Shown one piece after another: positions 36,740 through 48,144 of a stretch of 64,000 nt of DNA. A program made the position numbers and the translations under genes. The notes beneath the pieces were generated by a model. The model ran no database searches. It saw nothing but the letters and a program-made list of their open reading frames with translations, and had not been told where the DNA came from. Source of the DNA: Eledone cirrhosa. Taxonomy: Eukaryota. The DNA lies in the NCBI GenBank assembly GCA_964016885.1, contig OZ024742.1, positions 173,414,001 through 173,478,000 of the forward strand, written 5' to 3'. The stretch's first letter is position 1. Every line of letters starts with the position of its first letter.

Positions 36740-39700
36740 AATAAAAATGAAAAATTCAAACAATGAAAAAATACTCCAATAGTGCGGAAACCTCCGAGGG
36801 TTACTCGTGGCGAAAACCACACAAAAGACCACGTCCACCCTGACTACCAGGACAAGCGCCCTCTCTCAATTATTCCATCCCTAAAACTACAAGCGTATAT
36901 TCAGAGCGGTGCCGTTCACTCGAACCATTCTCGCTACATTCACCCACCTTTCAACAGACTTGCTAGAAGACAGCACTTGCCTCTCCACCCTGATTTTCCT
37001 GTTCAATTGAAAGCTGAAAAAGTTAATCAGGGATTCGCCGAAGAGAAAGGTATCTGTTTTAACCCTTTCAACATTGTCCACCACACAATCTCTTTCGCCA
37101 TGGCCACCAGGCAGATGAAATCTTCCTGCCATTCCTCCTCTAAGGAAGACGGAGAGACCATCTGCACAATGGACTCAGTCGATAATCGGATCGGTCCTAC
37201 ACGCGACAGCAACTGTTCGACATAGCTCCACAAGTCAGCAATGCTCGGGCACTGAACGAGGGCATGCAGGACGGTTTCGTCACTCTGCGCGCATCTAGGA
37301 TCGTCTCGGCTGATAGCACTTCCTTGCCTGTAGAGCTTATCTCGAACCGGCTACGCTCCCCGGTAGCACTGCCAGGCCAGGGACTTCTAGGAGTTATCCA
37401 TAGGCCCTAGGCTGAAAGTACTCCGGAAGAGGGCAAACATCTGATCTTCTTCGACGCCCAGGATCTCTCCGAGAACGCCGTCGCTCTTCCCCTCCACGCC
37501 AAAGTGGATGTTCCACCGATACTGGTGCCCAGCTGGCAGAGGGTGGTGAGCGCCTGGAGACATTAGAGTTTCAAAGCCCTATCCCTCACTCTTTTCCTGA
37601 CCCAGGACTGCAGTTCCGCCAAGGAGACAAGCTGTGGGAAAACATGCCTGGAGAACGGCGACTACACCTGTTCACCGTCAAGGAAGCACCAGAGATGTCG
37701 CAGCCTCAGCGAGCATGTTTGCGCATCATCAGCCATGGCATGCCTACTCCCCTACGCAACGGGTGTTGACAACAGTTGGACCGTCTAACTATTGGACCGC
37801 GTCCTTTCCACAAAAAGCCGAAGAGGAGTCGCTCTATTTTGGTGAGAGTTGAGCCTGGGCAAGGGATGGCGGTGAGGCGTTAGCAGATAACGGATGCGAT
37901 GTACGCATTCACCCCTGCGCCCGGCCTTTCAGGGACAGCTTCCTTGCGGCCCATTTCTGGTTGAGGGAGGCAACCTTGCTCGTCACATCGCTCCAGTTTT
38001 TCTCCATTTGGCGGTGGGGGCCGAACCTGACCCCGAGCAATATACCGGTTTGTCCAACACCCTACGACGCTGTCGGAATACATGGACTTGCCTCTCCAGG
38101 TGCCGAGCCGTAAGCCCACCGCCTTTACCTGGTTTATATTTGCTCCTGTCACCGCTTCGTATTCCTTGAGAGCGGTGCCAAACATCTGGACGTGTCTGGT
38201 GCTCGATAGCATCACGGAGACGTCGTCGGCGTATGCCGACTCGGATTTCCCGCATCCTAGTTCGCATGGGACGCCCCTCATCGTCCCTAGTTTGTGCTCG
38301 AGAGCCAATACGTACAAGCAGAACGCGAGGCGACCACCCTGGTGGAACGAGCGCATGATGCTGAATGGCTGCGACAGGTGACCTTTCACCCTAACAACCA
38401 AGCAGATGTCGCTGTACGTCGCAGCGATCCAACCCCTGAAAACGGGCCCGAAAGCGGCTGCTTCGAGGTACCGATAATCGGCCGAGTGTCATGTACCGTT
38501 AGTCGACCCTTGGATTGATCCAAGTTTATCAGGTCCCCAGCCGTCCAGGTTCCTTAACCACCCTCTCTACGATGTATCGCATAAGGTGGAGGTTGTCATG
38601 TATGGATCTGTCCGGAATGGCGCATATCTGCGCCTCTCCCACATGATCCTCGACGACAAGCGCCAACCTCATTTTAACACCTTGGCCAAAATCTTGAACT
38701 CTGCGTTTAGCAGAGTTATGGGCCTGAAGGTATCGATAACATCCCGCTTGATCGGGTCTTTTCTCAGCAGCGCTATCGCTCCCCGACTGACGAAACTGGG
38801 AATGCTCCCGTTCTGCTGCCAGTTGCATTAGACGTCTGCCAAGAAGTCACCTACCAAGTCTGGCATAAATGCATAAAGCTCGTAGGTCAGACCATCCAAA
38901 CCTGGCGATTTACTCCTCCTGCAGTATGTCATCGATTCCGGTATTTCACCGGCTGTTATTGGCTTTTCGCAACACTGTGCAGCGGTCGTAGAGAGCCGAG
39001 GCAGTCCGGTGAGGTATGCACTAAAATTCATACCCCTATCCGGCCTGCTGCTCCTCCCAAACAGTTCAGCAAAGTGCTGCTGAAAAGCCTCACACATCTG
39101 CTCTGGTTTGAGCAACTCGCGCCCGTTTTGATTAGTCAAAGACTGAATTGTGGCTTTGTTGCCATGTCGCGCAACTGCCACTCGGGCCTAGTGGACGGCT
39201 TTTGTCCCCTCGTGTTTCAGAGCACGCGTTCTAGCTCTGACAACGCAGCCTTCGTGTTATGCGTTGGCCGAGTGCCAATCTCGCCGCAAGCACGTCGGTT
39301 GCGATGCCTGTTTTTAAACGCCTCTTCTAGCTTTCTGACTAGCTCTCCATCTACTGTATTTTCCTCTATCTCTAGTCCTTTGCTAAACCTAATCGATTCT
39401 ACTTTAATTGCCCTTTTAATTGCCCTTTTCTACTTTAATTGCCCTCAACGTCCGCTTACCTAATACACTAATGCGGTCTCTGTAGGCTTTGCGCGCCGGG
39501 AAAGACGCGTTCAGCTTCCAGTAACCGGGTTCTTGTCTGTGAAGTCTGTCTACGTTGATCTGTGTAGTCGACTATTTTAAATTGTGGACAACTTATACTA
39601 GCCTTGGCTAGTTCTCTGCAGAATACCCTATCGAGATACGATCTGTCCATGTCCACATTGGTACATTCGGGTGATCCAGTCGATAACTGTCAGACAGTTC

Positions 39701-40204
39701 AAAACGTCTGAGCAGGCTGGTAAGGCTTTTGCACCCTCCTCCCCTATCCACAATCCCATCGTGCATCCAAGATACCGTTCTAGTCGCCCACTAACTCTAA
39801 AGAGCGGGACGTTCCAAGAAAGGTCTCGAGATGTCTAAAGAAATCTGGCCGTCCTGCCCCAGGTGAGCCGTAGACGTCTACTAGCCTGAAAGCATTGCCT
39901 TCGCTGCTGGTCACGTCCAGCACCCCCGACTTACATTCTGGGTTCAGGAAGATGGCCGGTATGGCGAGATTGAAGCCTCTCCGAAAAAGGACGGCAAAGC
40001 CTCCCCCGATCCTGGACGGCTGGGAGATGCGGTTACGTCATAGCCGCCGAAGATCGGTGCGAAGGTTCGTGCTTCGGAGATTCTGGTCACGTTGATGTCC
40101 ACCACATCTATGTTTAGTTACCTGAGGTCGTTGAACATGTGACCCTGCATCCAAGATGACCTCAGGCCACGTACGTTTATACTGCCTATTCTAAGTACGG
40201 CCAT
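36550..40204 (-). mobile_element. Tx1/L1-clade family E, entire ORF2 span, decayed, no ORF1
   Basis: Begins at ATG GCC GTA CTT AGA ATA GGC (MAVLRIG, equivalent to MTSLRIG). KSPGLDG and YADD present. Own 3'UTR ending in (TTA)n on the minus strand. Confidence 0.9.
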
Positions 40205-40512
40205 GGTGGATGGGAAACGGGGCTAGGATGAGACATGGGGAAGAAGACAAAGAGGAAAAGAAAAGAAAAGAGATACATCTACCTAAGTAATCTGTGGTTT
40301 CCCCTAACTTATTCGGCAAGTAGGGGGGTATCAGCCCTTGTCTACCCACCCGGGTTATTATGGGCTTTGAGGGCGAGGTAAGTCCTAGAAAATCTGTGAT
40401 ACCCCCCTACTTGCCGAATAAGTTAGGAGAAACCCAACTTACTTAGGTATCTCTTTTCTTTTCCTCTTTGTCTTAATCTTCCCCCTGTCTTATTCTATCA
40501 CTTCCTTCCACC
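40205..40512. repeat. Long inverted repeat (about 120-bp arms, about 63-nt loop)
   Basis: ctaacttattcggcaagtaggggggtatca / tgatacccccctacttgccgaataagttag is perfect near the loop. Distal arms (aagacaaagaggaaaagaaaag / cttttcttttcctctttgtctt) are less perfect. Confidence 0.93.
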
Positions 40513-40589
40513 CCTATTTTCTTCCTTGTCTGCCTTTCCCCTTCGCCTACCCGATGCAGCCCATCGGGCCTCTGTAGCATCAGTTCCAC

Positions 40590-41165
40590 CACCCTTGTAA
40601 TTTTAAGATAGAATTGGCCGAAGACGTTTTACTAACTATTTATAGCAGACGTGTTAAACCCCTTTAATTCTGTATCAGTTCTGGTACTACTCATTTTCTA
40701 CAAGTTGTTTTCTATTCTCAACAAATTAACCTGTAATTGTAAGATAGCATTGTGATTTTTTTTATTAATATCTCACTATCTAATTTTATATATCTTTTTA
40801 TTTATTTCTATTATCTTTTATTGTCTTCTACTCTCATTTGATCAATCTATTCTATAACCTCCCTCCTCCACTTCTTACACTATCCTTAGAATCTGCTGTA
40901 TACATATCACTTTCAACGTTTGACCACTCCACTCACTCCACTATCGTTCTACAGGCAAGTTCAGCCACCCCACCTCCCACCAAATGCCATGATAGACTTA
41001 TTTGTGTTTACAACAACTTTTAACCAATCTTCTTGACAACTACACTCTTCCCATATAAGAAAGTACCCCCTTGAAAAGTTCGGCTATTTTTCACCATTCT
41101 AATTTAGTCCAGAAATAGTGGTCGAAACGGCTTGAGCTCTGCCATCGGGGTCATACATTTTCCTA
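40590..41165 (+). mobile_element. Non-coding HHR-terminated element, related to 17130-17733
   Basis: Shared 5' block and shared 3' about 150 nt. Confidence 0.75.
41065..41151 (+). ncRNA. Hammerhead ribozyme-like motif, U3-A8 core
   Basis: accccc-TTGAAAA-gttcggctattt...aaatagtggtc-GAAA-cggc-ttgagctct-gcca-TC-ggggt. Confidence 0.62.
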
Positions 41166-41507
41166 TTTCCCACTCTACTACCCTAAGTATTGAGTACTCT
41201 GGTGCGTTATGGTCCATCTGGTTCCTTACACAATTCCTTTGATATATATATTATTATTATTATTATTATTAGGACAATAGGATTGATGATTTAACATCTG
41301 TATACAACAACTAAAACGGTACGCGATGGGGACCACCCACAGCCCCGGCGGAAAGAATGAAGAAGGCGTTTCCCCGGGGACGGCAAGGGAGACGCGCTGG
41401 AAAAACATTCTTAGTAATAACCCCATGCTTGACCGGCAATCGCTCTGTATAATCAGTTCCTGATTATTACTAAGAATTCTATAAGAATCAAACATTCATG
41501 ATTTTTC

Positions 41508-41589
41508 AGCAGACAGGAGGAGTAGTTAGCTTTGATAAGCATAAAAAAATGCGAAACAGAGCTCTGTCAGCTTTATCTCCCCTGTTTGC
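41508..41589 (+). ncRNA. Type I hammerhead ribozyme, U3-A8 core, extended helix I
   Basis: gcagacaggagg..agct-TTGATAA-gcat(aaaaaa)atgc-GAAA-cagagctctg-TC-agct..ctcccctgtttgc. Confidence 0.85.
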
Positions 41590-41962
41590 AGAAAATTAAA
41601 GTAAGTGCGACTGTCTAAAACAATAGCATAAGTTCTTCGAAATGCTTTTAATTAAGCATACCGTGTATTGCAAAATACACTATATATACATTCATATATA
41701 TATATATATATCGCTATTTCAGAGCACAGATTCTAATATATATATATATATATATATAGTATTAGTTATACTATTTATGGTTATGTAAACACAAAACCTT
41801 AAGCAGTTGTAAGTATTTTACACACACCCTAAATAGTGGTAGGCAGTAATGTATTACTACCTTATTACCAGTAAGTTAAGTAGCTCAATGTAAAAACATC
41901 ACATGATTTACAGAGCAGTTATATGAAATATAAGAATCAAAGAACTGTTCAAAACATTATTG

Positions 41963-42009
41963 TGCTTACAGCTGTTTCCTCCAAACCGAGGTTTGGATTC
42001 TTCGGAGCA
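41963..42009 (-). ncRNA. Minimal HHR (C4 variant) in inverted pLTR
   Basis: Reverse complement of 46693-46739. Confidence 0.72.
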
Positions 42010-42789
42010 ATTTATTAATGCATGGACAGTTATATGACCTCCTTTTCAGCCGAGAGACATACCAATACATATTCAAACATTGATACATATTCAAACATTG
42101 TGGGTCAACATTCATTACAAAATTTAGAGTGGCAGTACACACTTCGAGATTACATTTATATTAATAGGTACAATCAAAAATCAAAGATATAGGTTAAAGT
42201 ACAACATGAAGATAAGTGGTTATATAGTGCAAATGTTATATGTGTGGCACGCATGTGCGTCTTGTTTATATAGTGTGGCAGAGAGATATGTGTGGTAGAG
42301 GCACTTAGGTAGGTAAATAAGAGTGTTAGGTTGGTAGATCTGGTGGCAAAGTCTTTATATGATTGATGTAGTCTGTGTGTGGAGAAATATTATAAGCATT
42401 AAAGATAGTGCAAGCATTAAAAGTGTTATAAGTATTGGAGATGCACAACGCAGGGATGTCAAGTAATTCATGTACTTCGGCATTTTCATGGTCAAGGGAG
42501 TGTATATTTCGATTATATGCCTTTCGATTATATGCCTTTCACATAATGTTTTGAACAGTTCTTTGATTCTTATATTTCATATAACTGCTCTGTAAATCAT
42601 CTGATGTTTTTACATTGAGCTACTTAACTTACTGGTAATAAGGTAGTAATACATTACTGCCTACCACTATTTAGGGTGTGTGTAAAATACTTACAACTGC
42701 TTAAGGTTTTGTGTTTACATAACCATAAATAGTATAACTAATACTATTAACTGCTCCATATCGTTGAGCTGACATATAATATTGCCAAT

Positions 42790-45249
42790 ATGCTAATCAA
42801 AGACCAACTCCCCATGTCAACCAAGAACATACCAATACCATCCAGGAATACATATGAGAAATTGCTGATCAACAGTGTAAATTCATTTATCAATAGAGTG
42901 AGATGGAGGACATTCCATTATGATAGAAACAAATCTAACAACTTGAATAATACTAACAAGTTTGACTCCTTCGGCTTTAAAACCTTTAAAAGCCCCCCTC
43001 ATAACACTCTACTTAACTCCTTTGAAAATGACCTAGTTAAACTAGTTAAGAACATTAAATACAATAAGCACCATATTAGAAGCAACACCTTCTTAAACAA
43101 ACTTAACACTTCTATTAGTGGATTCAAAACTAGTAATAACATTATTGTACACGCAGATAAAACTAATAACATATACAGCCTAGATTATATTACTTATAGA
43201 AAGTTTATATATAATGAACTACATAAAAGCTACAAAAAAACCACCTTGAAAAACTTAGAAGATATTAATGTAGAGGGTTATAATATAGTGTCTAAACTAG
43301 GACTACAGAGGCATACACAACCTTTCACTCCGAACCCCCCTAGATTCTCTCTGAAGGACCATAAGGAGAACTTCATCAGCAACCCCACGATAAGACTTAT
43401 CTGCCCTTCCAAGTCCGACATTGGTATTATCAGCAAGAAGATTTTGGATAAAATCATCCCACAAATTAAACACAAGATACACCTTAAACAATGGGGAAAT
43501 ACGGGTGAAGTAATTGAATGGTTTAAGGATATCAAGAATAATAAGAACAAAAAATTTATTCAATTTGATATCAATTCATACTACACCTCTATTTCCCCTA
43601 TCCTATTAAATAAGGCACTTATCATGGCCATGACTAATAGCGACCTGACTAGAGCCCAGGTTGATGTCATCCTTGCGGCCCGTAAAACCATAATCACCTT
43701 CGAGGACCAACTATGGACACGCAAGGATACGCACAACAACTTCGACATAACCATGGGATCTAGTGACTCGGCGCAGGTCACTGATTTGGTCGGCCTATAC
43801 CTCCTCAATGAAATCCATAAGGACCTCCCTTACCTCAACGGTGGTTTGTACCGCGATGATGCACTTCTACTCATAGAATATAAAAAATTTAATATAGAAA
43901 GAACTAGAAAACAACTGCATAAGACATTCAAAAACTTTAACCTTAGTATCACCATGGACAAAAACACTAAAAATGTTAACTTCCTAGACGCCACACTATA
44001 CCTAGACTCAAAAATATATACACCTTTCCATAAGCCTAATGAGAAACTTATTTACGTAGATACCAAGTCTAATCACCCTAGATCAATATTAAACTCTATC
44101 TCTAAGGGGGTGTCCAATAGAATCTCTAGTCTGTCCTATGACGCAAACATATTTAGCAAAAACTCACAATATTACAATCAAGCATTAGCTAGCTCCGGCC
44201 ATAATATAGAAATAGAGTTCCTACCTAAGAAAACACATAGCTACAACATCATCTCGCACAACATGTCCATGAGGAAATCTAATAATAGGAATAGCAACCA
44301 CAAGTACACCAAAGCGGAGGGTGCCACCAGAAGTAACCATTACCATGGAAACTACTGTGAGGCCTTAGGAGGAAGCAACACACCAAACACTAAAAGCAAA
44401 AATAGAAGAAGAAATAATACATTTTTCAACCCTCCTTTCAACCTAAATGTCTCCACCAACATACCTAGGGCTTTCTTCTCACTACTAGATAAAAACTTCC
44501 CTCTAGGACACAAGTACCACAACCTCTTAAACAAAAACACCATTAAAATCTCATACTCTACGACGCCTAACTTAGCATACCACATAGCTAGCAGCAATAA
44601 TAGTAAAATTAGTTCTTACTTCCAACAAACAAAATCACAACGGGATGCAAACCCTCTAAATACCACTGTAGCAAGCAACAATAGCAACGGCAGTAACAAT
44701 AGAAATAACACTAGTATAAGTAATAACACCAGGGTTGTCAACCTGAACACCCAAAATCCTATATCCACCACACAGACTTCCGCATTGCATTATAACCAGC
44801 GGACTAACGCACAGAATAATTGTAACTGTAGAGCTAATAGAACCTGCCATTTAGATAAAAAATGCCTAACCAAGGATGTCATATACTCATGCACAGTCAC
44901 GACTAATAACTCTTCAGAAACCTATGTAGGCTCCACTTCTAACTGCTTCAAAATTAGATATAACTCGCACATCCACTCGTTCAAAAAGCACAGCCTAGCC
45001 AACTCCACCTCACTTTCTAGCTACATACACTATCTAAAATCTAAAAATAAACCATACACACTCAAATGGGAAGTGATAGGCAGCGCGACCTCGTACAAAC
45101 CACCTAATAAATTCTGTAACCTCTGTATACTAGAGACACACAATATTATCTTCTCCAACCGTAACCTACTTAACAAAAAATCTGAGGTGTTTGCAACTTG
45201 CCAGCACCGCCTCAGACATTCCTTCCAAAACTTTAAGCCCTATATATAG
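42790..45249 (+). CDS. Penelope-like RT + C-terminal GIY-YIG endonuclease (819 aa), Naiad-like
   Basis: ADKT, RLICPSKSDIG, QFDINSYY, TMGS, YRDD, NFLD, HKP..SNHP, FNPPF, CNCR...CLTKDVIY...YVGST..FKIRY..H, CNLC..E. Confidence 0.93.
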   Translation: MLIKDQLPMSTKNIPIPSRNTYEKLLINSVNSFINRVRWRTFHYDRNKSNNLNNTNKFDSFGFKTFKSPPHNTLLNSFENDLVKLVKNIKYNKHHIRSNTFLNKLNTSISGFKTSNNIIVHADKTNNIYSLDYITYRKFIYNELHKSYKKTTLKNLEDINVEGYNIVSKLGLQRHTQPFTPNPPRFSLKDHKENFISNPTIRLICPSKSDIGIISKKILDKIIPQIKHKIHLKQWGNTGEVIEWFKDIKNNKNKKFIQFDINSYYTSISPILLNKALIMAMTNSDLTRAQVDVILAARKTIITFEDQLWTRKDTHNNFDITMGSSDSAQVTDLVGLYLLNEIHKDLPYLNGGLYRDDALLLIEYKKFNIERTRKQLHKTFKNFNLSITMDKNTKNVNFLDATLYLDSKIYTPFHKPNEKLIYVDTKSNHPRSILNSISKGVSNRISSLSYDANIFSKNSQYYNQALASSGHNIEIEFLPKKTHSYNIISHNMSMRKSNNRNSNHKYTKAEGATRSNHYHGNYCEALGGSNTPNTKSKNRRRNNTFFNPPFNLNVSTNIPRAFFSLLDKNFPLGHKYHNLLNKNTIKISYSTTPNLAYHIASSNNSKISSYFQQTKSQRDANPLNTTVASNNSNGSNNRNNTSISNNTRVVNLNTQNPISTTQTSALHYNQRTNAQNNCNCRANRTCHLDKKCLTKDVIYSCTVTTNNSSETYVGSTSNCFKIRYNSHIHSFKKHSLANSTSLSSYIHYLKSKNKPYTLKWEVIGSATSYKPPNKFCNLCILETHNIIFSNRNLLNKKSEVFATCQHRLRHSFQNFKPYI

Positions 45250-46692
45250 CAATGTCGGACTGGAACCTAACACCACATCTAGCATCAGACACCAGAGACA
45301 CACCCTATACTACATACCCAACACTAGCTGATCCATTATAACACAAACAACGACATCCCTCTGGAACCCTTCGCAGGGAAAATACCCATTTATACCTCTA
45401 CGGCAGGTGTGACAACATCCACCCACCTGGACGGCACTACACCGCTCTAAGGGTAATTTGAGCATGAATTGATCGGTTGGATGGTGTTGGGCAGAGGAAA
45501 CACCTTCCTTAGACAGATGTAAAATGATTTAATCGAGTAGCGCTGTTGACCAGTAGGACCGGGCTGCTGAGCGCAGTGAGTGAATGCAATGCAACTGCCG
45601 TGCGGGTTGTACGTATATGGATGATCTGACGGTCAGAGAGGGGTCGCGAGGACTGCGGATTGACCTTTGGACTGCCTGGGGACGATTATCTTTCGACATC
45701 CAATGTAGCAAGCGATGACCCAGATCTTACCAGAGATCATTGGGTCCTGAAGCAATCCTGCAATCACCGCGCCTGGTCATATGAGCAGACTACAACCACA
45801 GAGACCATTAATTTAGAATCCTCGCTCATCATCTATAATTTCCATTTGTAGCACCTTAAGATGGGTTAATCCACCTTAATAATAATATGATCACCTTCAG
45901 CATAATTTAGTTAAACTACTCTATAGTTAGTACACTTTATGCTTTAAAAGTCTCTCTTGGAAGGTGCACCTCACCATAGAATTTAGGGTCCATATTGGGA
46001 CACATTTTAATGGCTGGATATAGAAACCCCAGAGTTACCTCCCCGCATGCATTAACTCCCCTTAGCCACACACACACTTCCGGTATTCAATGGCGTCTCT
46101 CGAAACGTAACAACCTCCTGTATCGAACTAAAGAACACCAGACTACGATCTCTAACTGGATTGTCGTGGATTATGTGAAAGGCATATAATCGAAATATAC
46201 ACTCCCTTGACCATGAAAATGCCGAAGTACATGAATTACTTGACATCCCTGCGTTGTGCATCTCCAATACTTATAACACTTTTAATGCTTGCACTATCTT
46301 TAATGCTTATAATATTTCTCCACACACAGACTACATCAATCATATAAAGACTTTGCCACCAGATCTACCAACCTAACACTCTTATTTACCTACCTAAGTG
46401 CCTCTACCACACATATCTCTCTGCCACACTATATAAACAAGACGCACATGCGTGCCACACATATAACATTTGCACTATATAACCACTTATCTTCATGTTG
46501 TACTTTAACCTATATCTTTGATTTTTGATTGTACCTATTAATATAAATGTAATCTCGAAGTGTGTACTGCCACTCTAAATTTTGTAATGAATGTTGACCC
46601 ACAATGTTTGAATATGTATCAATGTTTGAATATGTATTGGTATGTCTCTCGGCTGAAAAGGAGGTCATATAACTGTCCATGCATTAATAAAT

Positions 46693-46739
46693 TGCTCCGA
46701 AGAATCCAAACCTCGGTTTGGAGGAAACAGCTGTAAGCA
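46693..46739 (+). ncRNA. Minimal HHR (C4 variant) with palindromic helix III
   Basis: tgct-CCGAAGA-a-tccaaacc-tc-ggtttgga-g-GAAA-cagctg-TA-agca. Confidence 0.75.
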
Positions 46740-46788
46740 CAATAATGTTTTGAACAGTTCTTTGATTCTTATATTTCATATATTTCAT

Positions 46789-46845
<57 letters not shown>

Positions 46846-46884
46846 GATACTAACAAATGGAAACTATATTTATAAAACCATATT

Positions 46885-46949
46885 TATTTTATTATACATA
46901 TTTCAAGGACACCACGTTAAATTGTGGTATGCTTTCATCAGACAAAATA
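46885..46949 (-). ncRNA. Hammerhead ribozyme, canonical core
   Basis: Minus strand: tattttgt-CTGATGA-aag.ataccac/gtggtgt.ctt-GAAA-tatgta-TA-ataaaata. Confidence 0.85.
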
Positions 46950-47170
46950 CAATGTAGATCAGTTTAATAAATAAATATTGACATACCCTTAAAAAATGAA
47001 ACCATTACTGTTGGAAGCTCCAGGATAGTAGAGTTGTTTACTTATATTAGTATAGGATAGATATAGATAGAACTTTTGCATATATATATATATATATATA
47101 TATATTATTATTATTATTATTATTCAACATGTTAACCAATGAAAAGTATTCGCATAATCAATATATATAC

Positions 47171-47231
47171 TTTATTATATATATTTCAAAGGTATTGTGC
47201 TCTTTTTTTCAGTACCTGCTCATCAGACAAA
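47171..47231 (-). ncRNA. Hammerhead ribozyme, canonical core
   Basis: Minus strand: tttgt-CTGATGA-gc.aggta/tacct.tt-GAAA-tatata-TA-ataaa. Confidence 0.8.
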
Positions 47232-47323
47232 ATATATGATTTGTTATATGACATACCGCTACGGTCTTGATTATTCAATTCCTGTATTGGCAGAGTAATC
47301 AACGAACCATATCAATCTTTGGT

Positions 47324-47356
<33 letters not shown>

Positions 47357-48108
47357 ATATTTATATAAGTGTGTATATTATCTCTATATTTAAAAGAGTT
47401 TACACATCACTCATATATGTATATGTATGGATGATAAAAATCAAATAATATTTCATTTTAGTAGTGAGGGAGTTTGGATGTATATATTTAATTTCAAATA
47501 AAGGAGGCCATCACAGCTGGGAAAGTATGTCCTTTCCAGATGATGTTAAAGGCTTAGTGATAAGCGTGTTCAGTTCACGTTCTAAAGGTGTGTTGTCTCC
47601 TTGTTCGTGGTATTCTATTTCACGTTACTCCAGTTCACTCAGCTGGGAGACAATTAATTTTTCCTGTAATTAAAATGTCCAGGCACGAAACAAAATATTT
47701 CACACTAAACTTTCTTTAGAACTTCTTGAAGGGTATATGTGTCTGTAGAATTTTCTGTCACTTCAACGTCAATTTCACGAACATCCCCTCCCATTGATTG
47801 AATCAGCTAATACTTTAGTCGTCGAAAGCGGCGGAGGTCCCACAATATATATTCGTCCACCGCAGAAATAAAAACGTAGACATACCTGAGTGGATTTTTC
47901 CATCATCATGCAATTATGGGCAAGCATCTTTATCATAGCTTGGTGTTGACTAACGCCTTATGACTGCGACTGATTAGACGAAAGATATATATAGATCCGT
48001 CGAATAAAATCTATTTGTAATTCAAAGACCCATCTATTTCACATACCCTGTCACAGCGATTCTGTCCGAGAATTACGTTAATACACACACATACACACAC
48101 ACACACAT

Positions 48109-48144
<36 letters not shown>

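Larger units (their letters stand above)
41757..46780 (+). mobile_element. Penelope-like element 1, intact, with 5' inverted pLTR (41757-42546)
   Basis: 41757-42546 is the reverse complement of 46171-46780 plus 42544-42746. (TA)n on both flanks. About 1.5-kb 3'UTR. Confidence 0.93.
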
